DNA from: Octopus vulgaris
Lineage: Eukaryota
Length of the DNA: 64,000 bases
Assembly: GCA_951406725.2 (NCBI GenBank)
Contig: OX597834.1
Location: 17,918,001 to 17,982,000 of the forward strand
Direction: 5' to 3'
The notes under the pieces were generated by a model that had not been told where the DNA came from, did not search any database, and saw only the letters and a program-made list of their open reading frames with translations. Positions 13,470 to 25,512 of the stretch are shown here, in pieces; position 1 is the first letter of the stretch; every line of letters starts with the position of its first letter. The position numbers and the translations under genes are program-made.

Positions 13470-14247
13470 TCTTTTACTTGTTCCAGTAATTTGACTGCAG
13501 CCATGATGGAGCACTGCTTTTAGTTGCACAAATTGACCCCAGAACTTATTCTCTGTAAGCTTAGTACTTATTCTATCAGTCTCTTTTGCAGAACCGCTAA
13601 GTTACAGGAATGTAAATGCACCAGCATTGGTTGTCAAGCGATGTTGGAAGACAAACACAGACACACAAACATATATAAACATACACAGACACACATACAC
13701 ATAGACACACACACACACATACAACAGGCTTCTTTCAGTTTCTGTCTACCAAATCCACTCACAAGAGTTTGGTCGGCCTGAGGCTATGGTAGGAGACACT
13801 TACCCAAGGTGCCATGCAGTGGGACTGAACCCAGAACCATGTGGTTGGTAAGCAAGCTACTTACCACACAGCCACATGTATATATATATTCTTTTGTTCT
13901 TTTACTTGCTTCAGCCACTTGACTGTGGCCATGCAGGAGCATCGACTTTAGTCAAACAAGTAGGACTTATTCTTTGTAAGCCTAGTACTTATTCTATCAC
14001 TCTCTTTTGCTGAACTGCTAAGTTATGAGCGGCATAAATACACCAACATTGGTTGTTAAGCGATTGTGGAGGGGCAAACACACATACACACACATATATA
14101 TACAACAGGCTTCTTTCAGTTTCTGTCTACCAAATCCACTCACAAGGCTTTGGTCGGCCCAAGGCTATAGTAGAACACACTTTCCCAAGGTGCTACACAG
14201 TGGGACTGAACCTGGAACCATGTGGTTGGGAAGCAAGCTTCTTACCT
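13470..14247 (-). mobile_element. Two tandem SINE family A copies
   Basis: About 13470-13875 and 13895-14247, each matching family A on the reverse strand. Confidence 0.85.
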
Positions 14248-15887
14248 AATTGTTTATGTGTATGTCTATGTATATATTTGTGTGTGTATGTATATATATG
14301 TGTGTGTGTGTGTGAGTGTTCACAAGTATGTATGTGTGTATAATTGTTTGTCCTTCCCTAATTTATGTTAGAATGGGAAAGAAAAACATTGATGTAAAAG
14401 CTAAAGAATAAATGAACAAAAAAAAAAAAATGCTTTGCTTGTGAAGATCCTTGTAACTAAATAGACACTCCTTTATCATCATTGCCATTCCCAAACCGTG
14501 ATATAAAATATCACAGAATAAGAGTAAATAGAATAAATATCACTACATTATCAAAGTTCACATCAATGATACACATTTGAGATGTTGCTATGGATTCATC
14601 ATAGTAAAAATTGTCAATTTTTACTGACACAGCTGCAAATAATTTGTTAAATGAACATAAATATGTTATTGTTAATTTAACTATGGTTTTTGTATACAGA
14701 TGGCATCTCTGGATAAGTCATTCTGTAAAATATGCTAATTTTTATGCAATACTGTTTTAGAATATTGTACAAATCTATAATAATAAAAGCGAAATTTTGT
14801 CTGCCCTCCTGGGACCCCTGTATCTCAATCTATATTTGTTCTATAGACAAATCTTTTTGGAATCAGGATGATCTCAGGATTCAAAATCTGCCCTTCATTT
14901 GGTTCTTAAACATCCAGCATTGGGATCTGAAGCATTTGGACTGCTATTTCAAGCAGGTAAAGCTTGGCTGATTCATGCCATCTTGGTTGGCATTTGTCAG
15001 ATGACATCAGAGACCAAGGGGCGAGATAAATTAAATTCACTTGATTAATTTTACGCTGAGATAAGAATTTTGGGACAAACTGACCAACAGTTGGAATTCA
15101 GTTTGGGATTGGAATAATAGAATGATTGCATTAGATAAATAATTCTCATCTGTCCTTAATCACAGAGTATGACTTTTAAGCTAGTACTTAATAATTTTCT
15201 TTCCAATGTTTTGGCAACTACAGTGAAGGTATGGTTTGCTGAGGAGGTGTAATACCATCAAAACAAGTTCAGGGTTGTCTCCCATAATTATCAGGTGCAG
15301 ATGTAGCTGTGTGGTTGAGAAGTTTGCTTATCAGTTAAGTAACCTAGGGTTCAGTCCCACAATGTAGCACTTGGGACATGAATCTTCTACTATAGCCCCT
15401 GGCTGAACAAAGTCTTGTAGTGGATTTGATAGATGAAAACTTTTGTATCTTTGTATTGGATATATAACATAATGAAGCAGGCGAGAAGAAAGTATATACA
15501 CAACACACTATTATTACTATTACATGAGACTCAACACTCTATATCAATGACTCACAGTGAACTGCTCCCAACACAAACTGCCAATTGACACACAGTTCTT
15601 TAATTTATAACAATGAGTCAGTCCACTTTTAGTTATTTGATGGGGTGGTTGGAATACTTCCACAACAAAAACTGAAAGATTACGTCATCATCATTATCAT
15701 TTAACATCTGTTTCCCATGCTGAGATGGGTTGGACAGTTTGACGGGAGCTGGCGAGCCAGGGAACTGCACCAGGCTCCAGTCGTTTGTTTCTTTTCTATA
15801 GCTGGATGCCCTTCTTAACACCAACCACTTTACAGAGTGGACTGGCTGACTTAGGAAGGGTATCCAGTCATTGAAACCATACCAGGG

Positions 15888-15932
<45 letters not shown>

Positions 15933-16546
15933 TTTGTGCTTGTGTTTGTTCCCTCTCCCCACTGCTTGACAATCAGTGTTGGTTTGTTGACATCACCGTA
16001 ATTTATCAGTTCAACAAAAGAAGCCAACAGGATAAGCACTAAGGCAGTGCTCCAGCAGGGTCACATTCCAATGCCTGAAACAAGCAAAAGAGAAAATAGA
16101 AGCTTCTCTACAATCATCTTCACCTCATTTTATAGTTAATTCTAATTAAGTTTTTTAATGCTTGCTTGCATCAAACCCATTAACACTAACCTAATTAATG
16201 ACATTCATACAAGGACCTCACTAATAACTTCACACTTAACGAATGCTTAATCAAATGATCTGTAATTCACTACACACAACAGCTAAGGCCACTTCAGTCT
16301 CCACCACCAACAGCAGCACCTGCATGTAACAGGCTTCACAATCTCTGGTAACCAGCGATCACACAAGTATATCTTAGCCAAGACTCAAACACACAGTAAG
16401 ACTTCCTCTTCAGAGACAGAAACCACTTCAACCTTTTCAGCAGTTTTTTTTTTTTTTTTTTAATCTTTCATCTTCTGTGTGTTTCAGTTGTTAGACTGTA
16501 GTGATGCTGCAGCACCACCTTGAAGAATTTTAGAGAAATGATGACA

Positions 16547-16950
16547 GGCGCAGGAGTGGCTGTGTGGTAAGTAGCTTGCTAACCAACCACATGGTTCCGG
16601 GTTCAGTCCCACTGTGTGGCATCTTGGGTAAGTGTCTTCTGCTATAGCCCCGGGCCGACCAATGCCTTGTGAATGGATTTGGTAGACGGAAACTGAAAGA
16701 AGCCCGTCGTATATATGTATATATATATATATCTGTGGGCTTGTGTGTTTGTGTCTGTGTTTGTCCCCCTAGCATTGCTTGACAACCGATGCTGGCGTGT
16801 TTACGTACCTGTCACTTAGCAGTTCGGCAAAAAGAGACCGATAGAATAAGTACTGGGCTTACAAAGAATAAGTCCCGGGATTGATTTGCTCGACTAAAGG
16901 CGATGCTCCAGCATGGCCGCAGTCAAATGACTGAAACAAGTAAAAGAAAT
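16547..16950 (+). mobile_element. SINE family A, well-preserved full-length copy
   Basis: tRNA-like head with A box (TGGCTGTGTGG) and B box (GGTTCAGTCCC), internal TA/TG microsatellite, tail gactgaaacaagtaaaag. Roughly 25 full or partial copies in the window. Confidence 0.9.
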
Positions 16951-17667
16951 TAAAAGAAAGTAAAGTAAATGAATCGACCCCAGTACTCTTTTTTTTATAA
17001 ACCTGGTATTTATTAATCAGTTTCTTTTGCTGAACTACTAAGTTATGGGAACATAAACATATCAACACCAGTTGTTGAGCAGTGGTGGCAGACAAACAGA
17101 CACATACACACACACATGCGCACAGACGCACATACAAGATGGGCTTCTTTCAGTTTCCATCTACCAAATCCACTCACAGTGCTTTGGTTAGCCCATAGCT
17201 ATAGTAGAAAACACTTACCCATGGTACCACACAGTGGGACTGAACCCAGAACCATGCAGCTGGGAAGCAAGCTTCTTGCCACCCCTGTGCCTGTTTAGTT
17301 GAACAAATCAATAAAAGCACATTTTTTTTTCAAAGTCTGGTACTTATTTTAGTGGTCTCTTTTACTAAACTGTAAAGTTACAGGGATGTGAACAAACCAA
17401 CACCAGCTGACAAGCAGTGGGAAGACAAACACAAGATACACACGTACATATATACTCATATGCATATATACATTTATACACACATACGACAAGCTTTCAC
17501 ACAGTTTTCTACCAAACGGTCTTACAAGGCTTTGGGGTCAGCCTGGGACTATAGTAGAAAACACTTGCCCAAGGTGCCACACTGTGAGACTGAACCCAAG
17601 ACCACATGGTTGCCAAGTGAGCTTCTTAACCATACAGCCATGCCTGTGCCTATGAAATCCACAACAT

Positions 17668-17886
17668 ATGAGGGACGCTAAAATGTTCCTGGTTTTGGGT
17701 AAAAGAAAATACAGGAGGATCAGTTAATTATGATATTATTCTACAAATTCCCCTCTTAGATTCACACATTTATTGCAGCAGCCCTTCAGTTTTTCTAAGC
17801 CCTGTAAAAGAACTTGGAAGGTTTGGCCTTCAACTAGGCCCTTCAGGATACCCCTTAAGCCAGAAAAATTTCAGCGCTCCCTTGTA
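17668..17886. mobile_element. mariner-type MITE
   Basis: TIRs tgagggacgctaaaatgttcctggttt / aagccagaaaaatttcagcgctcccttg-TA. Partial copy at about 41290-41445. Confidence 0.7.
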
Positions 17887-19259
17887 CATAAGAATGCTCG
17901 AGCCAATGAGAGAACCTCTACATCAGTGGTTCAAAACTATTGGTAGCCAGCACTTGTTCTCCCTGCTACCCCCAGTTCATGAGGTCGTGTTTTACAAATG
18001 TCCTCCACTCCATGTTTGGAAAAACAACAACAAAAATTTAATCAACCTGAAACTAATTTTGTGCAGTGTTTCCTTATCTCATCCAACATGGGCCCTTTTA
18101 AGAGATATGTGATATGTGTGAACTAGTGTCCCCTATTTTAAAGTAGTTAAAGCTACAAATAATCAAAAGCTGTCAAAGGTTCTCCCTGAGCCATATGCTC
18201 ATAAGGCTGGTTTCCCAGATTTTGTGGTGTAAATATTGGTCCCCTGGATAGGATGCCAGTCCATTGCAGGTTTACTCACTTTTGCCAGCTGAGTGGACTG
18301 AAGCAACATAAAATGAAGTGCTTTCTTCAAGAACACAACACATGACCTAGTCCAGGAATTGAAACCACAATCTAACCATCATGAATCCAACACCCTAACC
18401 ACTGAGCCACAGCATGTAGAATATGGAGTTAAACCCCCTTTGATGAACCAAGTCAGTCTTTTATTTTTTTCTATCCATAGATATTTTTTTTAATCCTACA
18501 CTCTACATGCTATTATTTATAGCTCATCTACTTTCACTTATGCTGTTAAAAACAATTTATTTCACATTTCTGCAAGTTTCTAATCTTTATTGTTCGCTCT
18601 CTCTCTCTCTTTATATATATATATATATAAAGTGAGAGAGAGAGAGAGAGAGACACACAGACACATAAGTAGAAAAATGTAAAACCAAGTGGAAGAAAAT
18701 AGTACTTGAATACTGAAGCAAGAACAAAATTCTTTTATCCAAGCTGTTACTCAGTTTCATGTTATTGCTTGTCAGACAGTTGTGATCATACACCAGGTGA
18801 AATGCTTAGCGATATATTTTGTCCGTCTTTATGTTCTGAGTTCAAATTCTGCCGAGGTACTGGAGTCGATCTAATCGACTGGCCCCTTCCCCAAAAATTT
18901 CAGGCCTTGTGCCTAGAGTAGAAAAGAACTGTCCAATGAACAGGAACATGAAACTCTGAGTAACAGTTTGTGAACGATTTTGCAGCTTGAATAAAGTGTA
19001 TACAACACACACAGACACATGCTCCAAATGTATATTAGAAGATTCAAATTTGAAAGTTGAAATATTATCACTTTCGCAACAGATATTTATTCCATAAACA
19101 GCATTAAAAGAGAGCTCTTTTCTTTCTTTTTTCTTTTTTCCATAATAAGATATTCTTATTTAAAAAACCTATAATATTCCCTCTTATATGTTTTCATGGT
19201 ACATGCACACACATATGCTACATTTCAAATGAAGTTAATCTGTCAACAGCAAAAGATAC

Positions 19260-19304
19260 CAGTTTCAACAGCCGCCATTTATTTCTGTATCTCCCATTAA
19301 ATTT
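19260..19304 (-). CDS. Candidate PLD start-codon exon (MAAVET, phase 1)
   Basis: ttgcttacAG acceptor; aATAAATGG Kozak-like ATG at 19278-19276; ATG GCG GCT GTT GAA ACT G|gtatct. The phase fits the 10859 exon (gives MAAVETDYGPK). The donor is weak and there is no homology support. Confidence 0.22.
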
Positions 19305-19427
19305 CTGTAAGCAATTTAAAGAATTCCAATACAATGAATCTCAAAATATCTTTAGTAATTTACATTTGGATCAGCATCATGTGTACGCAAGAAGGATTCT
19401 GAAGATGATGGGTTTATATATAGCGTC

Positions 19428-19480
<53 letters not shown>

Positions 19481-19667
19481 AGATAAGTATGCATACATAT
19501 ATACACATGTAAAGAGAGAAAGATGCGTGAGTGTGTGTATATAAATATGTATATATATATATATGCATATATGTGTGTGTATATACACATATGCATATGT
19601 GTGTGTATACATACATATGTATACATACATACATATATGTATATACATACATATGTGTGTGTGTATG

Positions 19668-19704
<37 letters not shown>

Positions 19705-19790
19705 GTGTAGACATACATATATATGTATATGTGTATACATACATATATATATGTATATACATACATATATGTGTGTATGTGTGTGTGTTA
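19428..19790. repeat. Compound (TA)/(TG)/(CA) microsatellite
   Basis: Dinucleotide runs. Confidence 0.95.
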
Positions 19791-20629
19791 GTTGTAATAA
19801 AGAGATGAAAAGTACTCAGAACCAGAAATAGGGTTTAAAATAAATTTTTGACTGATTGGATTAAATTTGTTTTTCCTTTTAGCTTTTCCTTTTGTTTCTC
19901 CTTCCCCACCTCCCCCACTTTTTCTCATTTCCTCTCAACCATTATATCCTATGACAGAAATCACACACACACACAAACACATTTTCATATTTATATATAT
20001 ATGCATGCATATATGTTTACGTACACACACACACCAGTAAGACAAAGTAATTGTCTCTGCTTTACTGTGGAAGCCAAAACTGGAGATTGTGCCTAATGTT
20101 GTATTCATATTTCCTAATTATTATTACATGTAGAATGTAGGCACAGAACCATGTGGTTGGCAAGCAACCAGATGGCTGTGGTAAGAAGCTTGCTTCCCAA
20201 CCACATGGTTTGGAGTTCGGTCCTACAGTGTGGCAGCTTGGGCAAGTGTCTTGTGAGTGGATTTGATAGCGAGAAAGTGAAAGAAGCCCATTGTATATAT
20301 ACATTACTCTTTTATTTGTTTCAGTCATTTGACTGTGGCCATGCTGGAGCACTGCCTTTAGTCTAGCAAATCGACCCCAGGACTTATTCTTTGTAAGCCT
20401 AGTATATATATGACAGGCTTCTTTCAGTTTCCGTCTACCAAATCCACTCACAAGGCTTTGGTTGGCCCGAGGCTATAGTAGAAGACACTTGCCCAAGGTG
20501 CGACACAGTGGGACTGAACCCGGAACCATGTGGTTCGTAAGCAAGCTACTTACCACAGTGCCACTCCTACGCCTATATATATATATATATATATAAATCA
20601 AAATAAGCAACAAGGATATCCAGAGGTAA

Positions 20630-20721
20630 TGCAGTACGATCGTTTCATGCAACTCCATTTAATTGAACAATGCAATCATTTCATCACATCAATTTAAAAT
20701 GTAGAGCAATCTTCAGCTGCA
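20630..20721 (-). ncRNA. Type I hammerhead ribozyme-like motif
   Basis: Minus strand: TGCAG-CTGAAGA-[long stem II hairpin]-GAAA-CGATCG-TA-CTGCA. Stem I is 5-6 bp and helix III is the palindrome ACGATCGT. The base of stem II is U-U rather than G-C. Confidence 0.68.
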
Positions 20722-20892
20722 CAAAGACATAGAATTTAATTAAATTAGGACACATTAGCATAATGTGATTTTAATCACCTTATTTTGAAATTGTATGGAT
20801 AATACCATACTAAATTCTGGTGCCTCGACTTAAGCACCATATTCATCTGAATCTAAATTTTTATATAATATATATATTATATAAAAATTTAG

Positions 20893-20933
<41 letters not shown>

Positions 20934-22278
20934 TACATGTGTGTGTGTGTGTGTGTGTGCATTTCTCCTCCATCACTGCTTGACAACCAGTGTTGGTGTG
21001 TTTATGTCCCTAAAGATTAGTGGTTTTGCAAAAGAGACCACTAGAATAAATACTAAGCTTTAAAAAAAATATCTCCTGCAGTTGAGACATTCAACTAAAA
21101 ATTCTGCAAGATGGTGCACCAGCATGGCCGCAGTCTAAGGACTGGCAGAATTGTTAAAGCAGCAGACGAAATGTCTGGGAGTATTTCTTTTATCTTTTAC
21201 TCTTTACTTGTTTCAATTATTAGATTGTGGCCATGCTGGAGTGTTGCCATGAAGAATTTTAGTTGTACGAATCAACCCTAGGACTTCGGTTTTTTTTTTT
21301 AAAGCCTGGTACTTATTCTAGTGCTTTCTTATGCTGGACTGCTAAGTTATGAGGATGTCAACACACTGATGCTGGTTGTCAAACAGTGGTGGTGGTGGTG
21401 GGGGGGACAAACAGACGCAAACACACACATGTATACAACAGGATTCTTTCAGTGTCTGTCCACCATATCCAATGCTAAGGTAATTGGTGTTAGGAACGGC
21501 ATCCAGCCATCAAAACCATATCAAAACAGACAGTGAAGCCTGGTGCAGTCTCCTGCCTAGCCAGCCCCTGTCAAACTGTTCAACTCATGCCAGCATGGAA
21601 AACAGATGTGAAATGATGATGACGATGATGAAATCAAATCCTGGTGAGATCACCTCACCACTCCCAATTAATGTCAACTTAAATCCTCCCCTCAAAAAAG
21701 CTGGTTTAGAGCCTGAATGGGAAGCAATTATTGCATATGCAGTATACAGTAACTACACTAAGATATTTATGAAATTGCTTTTCATGAAATTATTAATCCA
21801 AATATCACATGTTCACCTGCTGTATTCTCTTAGAAACAAATAAAGTCGTTAAAATATTTCACATATAAACACTGTCAACACATAGCAACTCTGACCACAC
21901 ACTATTCCTATATGAATGTTGCATCTTGTTGAAGCATAAACTCTTCCTGTTTTTCAGTCTATAATTTAACTTATGTGTCAACGAGATCGTTCAATGCAGC
22001 TGGATTCACCTAAGTAACATAAGCTTGGCAATGTATAAGCATAATTAATAGCAACATCAGATGAGAACATAAGCATTCATCAGTTAATGTCCTCTTTTCA
22101 ATGCTTGTATGGATCAGGCAGTTTTTTTTTTGTTTCTTGTGACAATTGTAAATGAGCATCCCTGTCATACAAACGAGGTTGTTCATTACCAGTTTCCCCT
22201 GAAAAACATGTCAAGCCACGAGAAAATATTTCCTTGCCTAATAACAAGTGAAGGCGGGTGACAGGAAGGGAATCCGAC

Positions 22279-22880
22279 TAAGGTGGCGAGCTGGCAGAAC
22301 CGTTAGCACGTCGGGCGAAATGCAGAGCGGTATTTCGTCTGTCTTTACGTTGTGAGTTCAAATTCCGCCGAGGTCGACTTTGCCTTTCATTCTCTCAGGG
22401 TCGATAAATTAAGTACCAGTTACGCACTGGGGTTGATGTAATTGACTTAATCCATTTGCCTGTCCTTGTTTGTCCCCTCTATGCTTAGCCCCTTGTGGGG
22501 AGTAAAGAAATAGGTATTTCGTCTGTTTTAACGTTCTGAGTTCAAATTCAGCAGAGGTCGACTTTGCCTTTCATCCCTTCGGGGTTGGTAAATTAAGTAC
22601 CAGTTATGCACTGGGGTCGATGTAATTGACTTAATCCATTTGTCTGTCCTTGTTTGTCCCCTCTATGCTTAGCCCCTTGTGGGGAGTAAAGAAATAGGTA
22701 TTTCGTCTGTTTTAACGTTCTGAGTTCAAATTCAGCAGAGGTCAACTTTGCCTTTCATCCCTTCGGGGTTGGTAAATTAAGTACCAGTTATGCACTGGGG
22801 TCGATGTAATTGACTTAATCCGTTTGTCTGTCCTTGTTTGTCCCCTCTATGTTTAGCCCCCTGTGGGTAGTAAAGAAATA
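22279..22880 (+). mobile_element. SINE family B (MetaSINE-like core): head plus three 184-bp body units, 13-bp TSD
   Basis: Head ggcgagctggcagaa; core ggtcgactttgcctttcatcc..gtcgataaattaagtaccag; units start at 22330, 22514, 22698. aggaagggaatcc occurs at 22263-22275 and 22880-22892. Confidence 0.9.
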
Positions 22881-23264
22881 GGAAGGGAATCCAGCTGTCA
22901 AAAACTACTTTAAGCCCCATGCAATATTTATGATAGTTGAGTGTTTGTCCTTGCTATAGAAGTTCAAAAACTGGTATGATAGTGATGCACGATGCTTTGC
23001 TTTCACTATTTTCAGGTTTTCCTAGAAAGACAGGTTGTGTAAGTTAAACTGACAACAGTACTTCACAAGTGGACCTGCTGTTTACTTTTATTTTATATTA
23101 GTGAACAAGAGTATTATTAGTTTACAGGCCTCCAATGAACCAATCCTTGGTTTACTCACACATTGATGTCAATATGTTTACGTGACTCCGTATAGAACAG
23201 ATATTAGAAGAGGGTGGGTCAAAAAGCAATGGGTTTTTCTTACACTGTTGTTTATATTCTACGC

Positions 23265-23430
23265 CTATATATATACATATATACACACACACACACACAC
23301 ACATACATATACACACACACATCCATATATACACACACAGACACACATCCATATATACACACAGACACACACACACATACATATATACACACACACACAG
23401 ACACACACACACACAGACACACAGACACAG

Positions 23431-23471
<41 letters not shown>

Positions 23472-23726
23472 CAAGAAATTAAATGCTGACAGGTGTCTCT
23501 GCTATATGATGCAATGCACTCAGAATTGAGTGCTTGTGTGTCACCATATATTATATATAGATATGGGTATCTATTTATATATGTATATATGTGTGCGTAT
23601 GTGTACATATACCATATGCATATGTGTATACATGCATATATACATATGTAAAAAATTAAATGTTTACACGTGTTTCTGCTATATGATGCAATGCACTCAC
23701 AGCTGAGTGCTTGTATATCACTATAT

Positions 23727-23792
<66 letters not shown>

Positions 23793-23798
23793 TACACA

Positions 23799-23844
<46 letters not shown>

Positions 23845-24018
23845 ACGGGAAGGTTTACGAAAATACATACATACATACATATATATATATATACATACAT
23901 ACACATATATATACATACATACACATATATATATATATATACATACATACACATATATATATACATACAAAAATACATATACATACATACACATACATAC
24001 ATACATATACATAGATAG

Positions 24019-24054
<36 letters not shown>
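23265..24054. repeat. Compound dinucleotide microsatellite field with an internal ~75-bp duplication
   Basis: CA/TA/GA runs; near-identical blocks at 23476-23550 and 23653-23725. Confidence 0.9.
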
Positions 24055-24298
24055 TGCAAATGATTAACGTCAGGCTAGGTGTGAAGTTCGGGTACTCCCA
24101 GAGAAGCACTTGACCCGAATATTGGGCCATCATCACTGACGCACAATGTAATTGCACACCTTGATGCAAGTCTTATGAAGTGCCTCTCCAATGTCTAAAG
24201 CCACAAATATTACATGAATTTTCACGTAAACTGGTGTTGCAAAACTATTGTAGATATTGCCATTAAGGTGCTTAACTTTTCATAGTTTTACGATATCT

Positions 24299-24800
24299 AT
24301 CATCATCATCATCATCATCATCATTTAACGTCCGCTTTCCATGCTAGCATGGGTTGGACGGTTCAACTGGGGTCTGGGGAGCCCGAAAGCTGCACCAGTC
24401 CAGTCAGATCTGGCAGTGTTTCTACAGCTGGATGCCCTTCCTAACGCCAACCACTCCAAGAGTGTAGTGGGTGATTTTATGTGCCACCGACACAGGTGCC
24501 AGACGAGGCTGGCAAACGGCCACGCTCGGATGGTGTTTTTTATGTGCCACCGACACAGGTGCCAGACGAGGCTGGCAGACGGCCACGCTCGGATGGTGTT
24601 TTTTATGTGCCACCGACACAGGTGCCAGACGAGGCTGGCAAACGGCCACGCTCGGATGGTGTTTTTTATGTGCCACCGACACAGGTGCCAGACGAGGCTG
24701 GCAGACGGCCACGCTTGGATGGTGTTTTTATGTGCCACCGACACAGGTGCCAGATGAGGCTGGCAAAACGGCCACGATCGGATGGTGCTTGTTACGTGCC
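24299..24800 (-). mobile_element. SINE family E with RTE-like (ATG)n tail and five internal 63-bp tandem units
   Basis: Minus-strand tail ...ccaacccatgctagcatggaaagcggacgttaaa(tga)n; units start at 24481, 24544, 24607, 24670, 24732. Confidence 0.88.
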
Positions 24801-25468
24801 CACAGCACGGAACACTACATATTATAGGTTGTTTGCACCAACTGTAAAAAAAATAATAAATCACATACAACCAATAAGGACCACATGCTTCAAATGATGC
24901 ATTGGTCTCCATCTGTCAAATCCATTCAGAAGGCTTTGATTGGCTGACAGCTATAGTAATAGGCAGACACTTGCCAAGGTGCCATGCAGTGGGATTGAAC
25001 CCAGAACCTTGTTTGTTGGGAAGAAGTATCCTCTTTACTACACAGCAACACTTGTGTCCATGCTTTAAAACACGTGCTAGTCAAGTTATGGACCCACAAA
25101 CCTTTGGATGAAGCCCAGAATAAACAGAAACTATCCGCAGGGTATAGCTGGTATTTCTATCAATTTTGGAAAGATGAAAGACGTCTGGACTTCAGTACAA
25201 TTTGAACTTGATACAAGCATGTTAGATGGTCACAATGGATAATATAGTCCTAGATACATTATGTCAGTAAAAAAAAACCAAAAAAAAACATGGACAGTAA
25301 GTGGTCACAGCAGGAATATTTTATGATCAAAGTTCTGCTTAATCAGGATTTATTTGAGATTTAACAACAAATACAACGAAACACATAAATATATTAATTA
25401 AAGAAAAATCAATTTGCTCTTAACGACAGGAAAAAAATCCCCCAATAAATATATACATGCATGCATAC

Positions 25469-25512
<44 letters not shown>

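Noticed and set aside
19363-19425. Possible 63-nt minus-strand exon (TLYINPSSSESFLRTHDADPN)
   Set aside because: The acceptor lies in a CA microsatellite and the phase-0 end does not fit the next PLD exon.
24325-24912. 195-aa ORF and overlapping ORFs with repeated CHRHRC motifs
   Set aside because: Product of the 63-bp SINE-internal tandem array.
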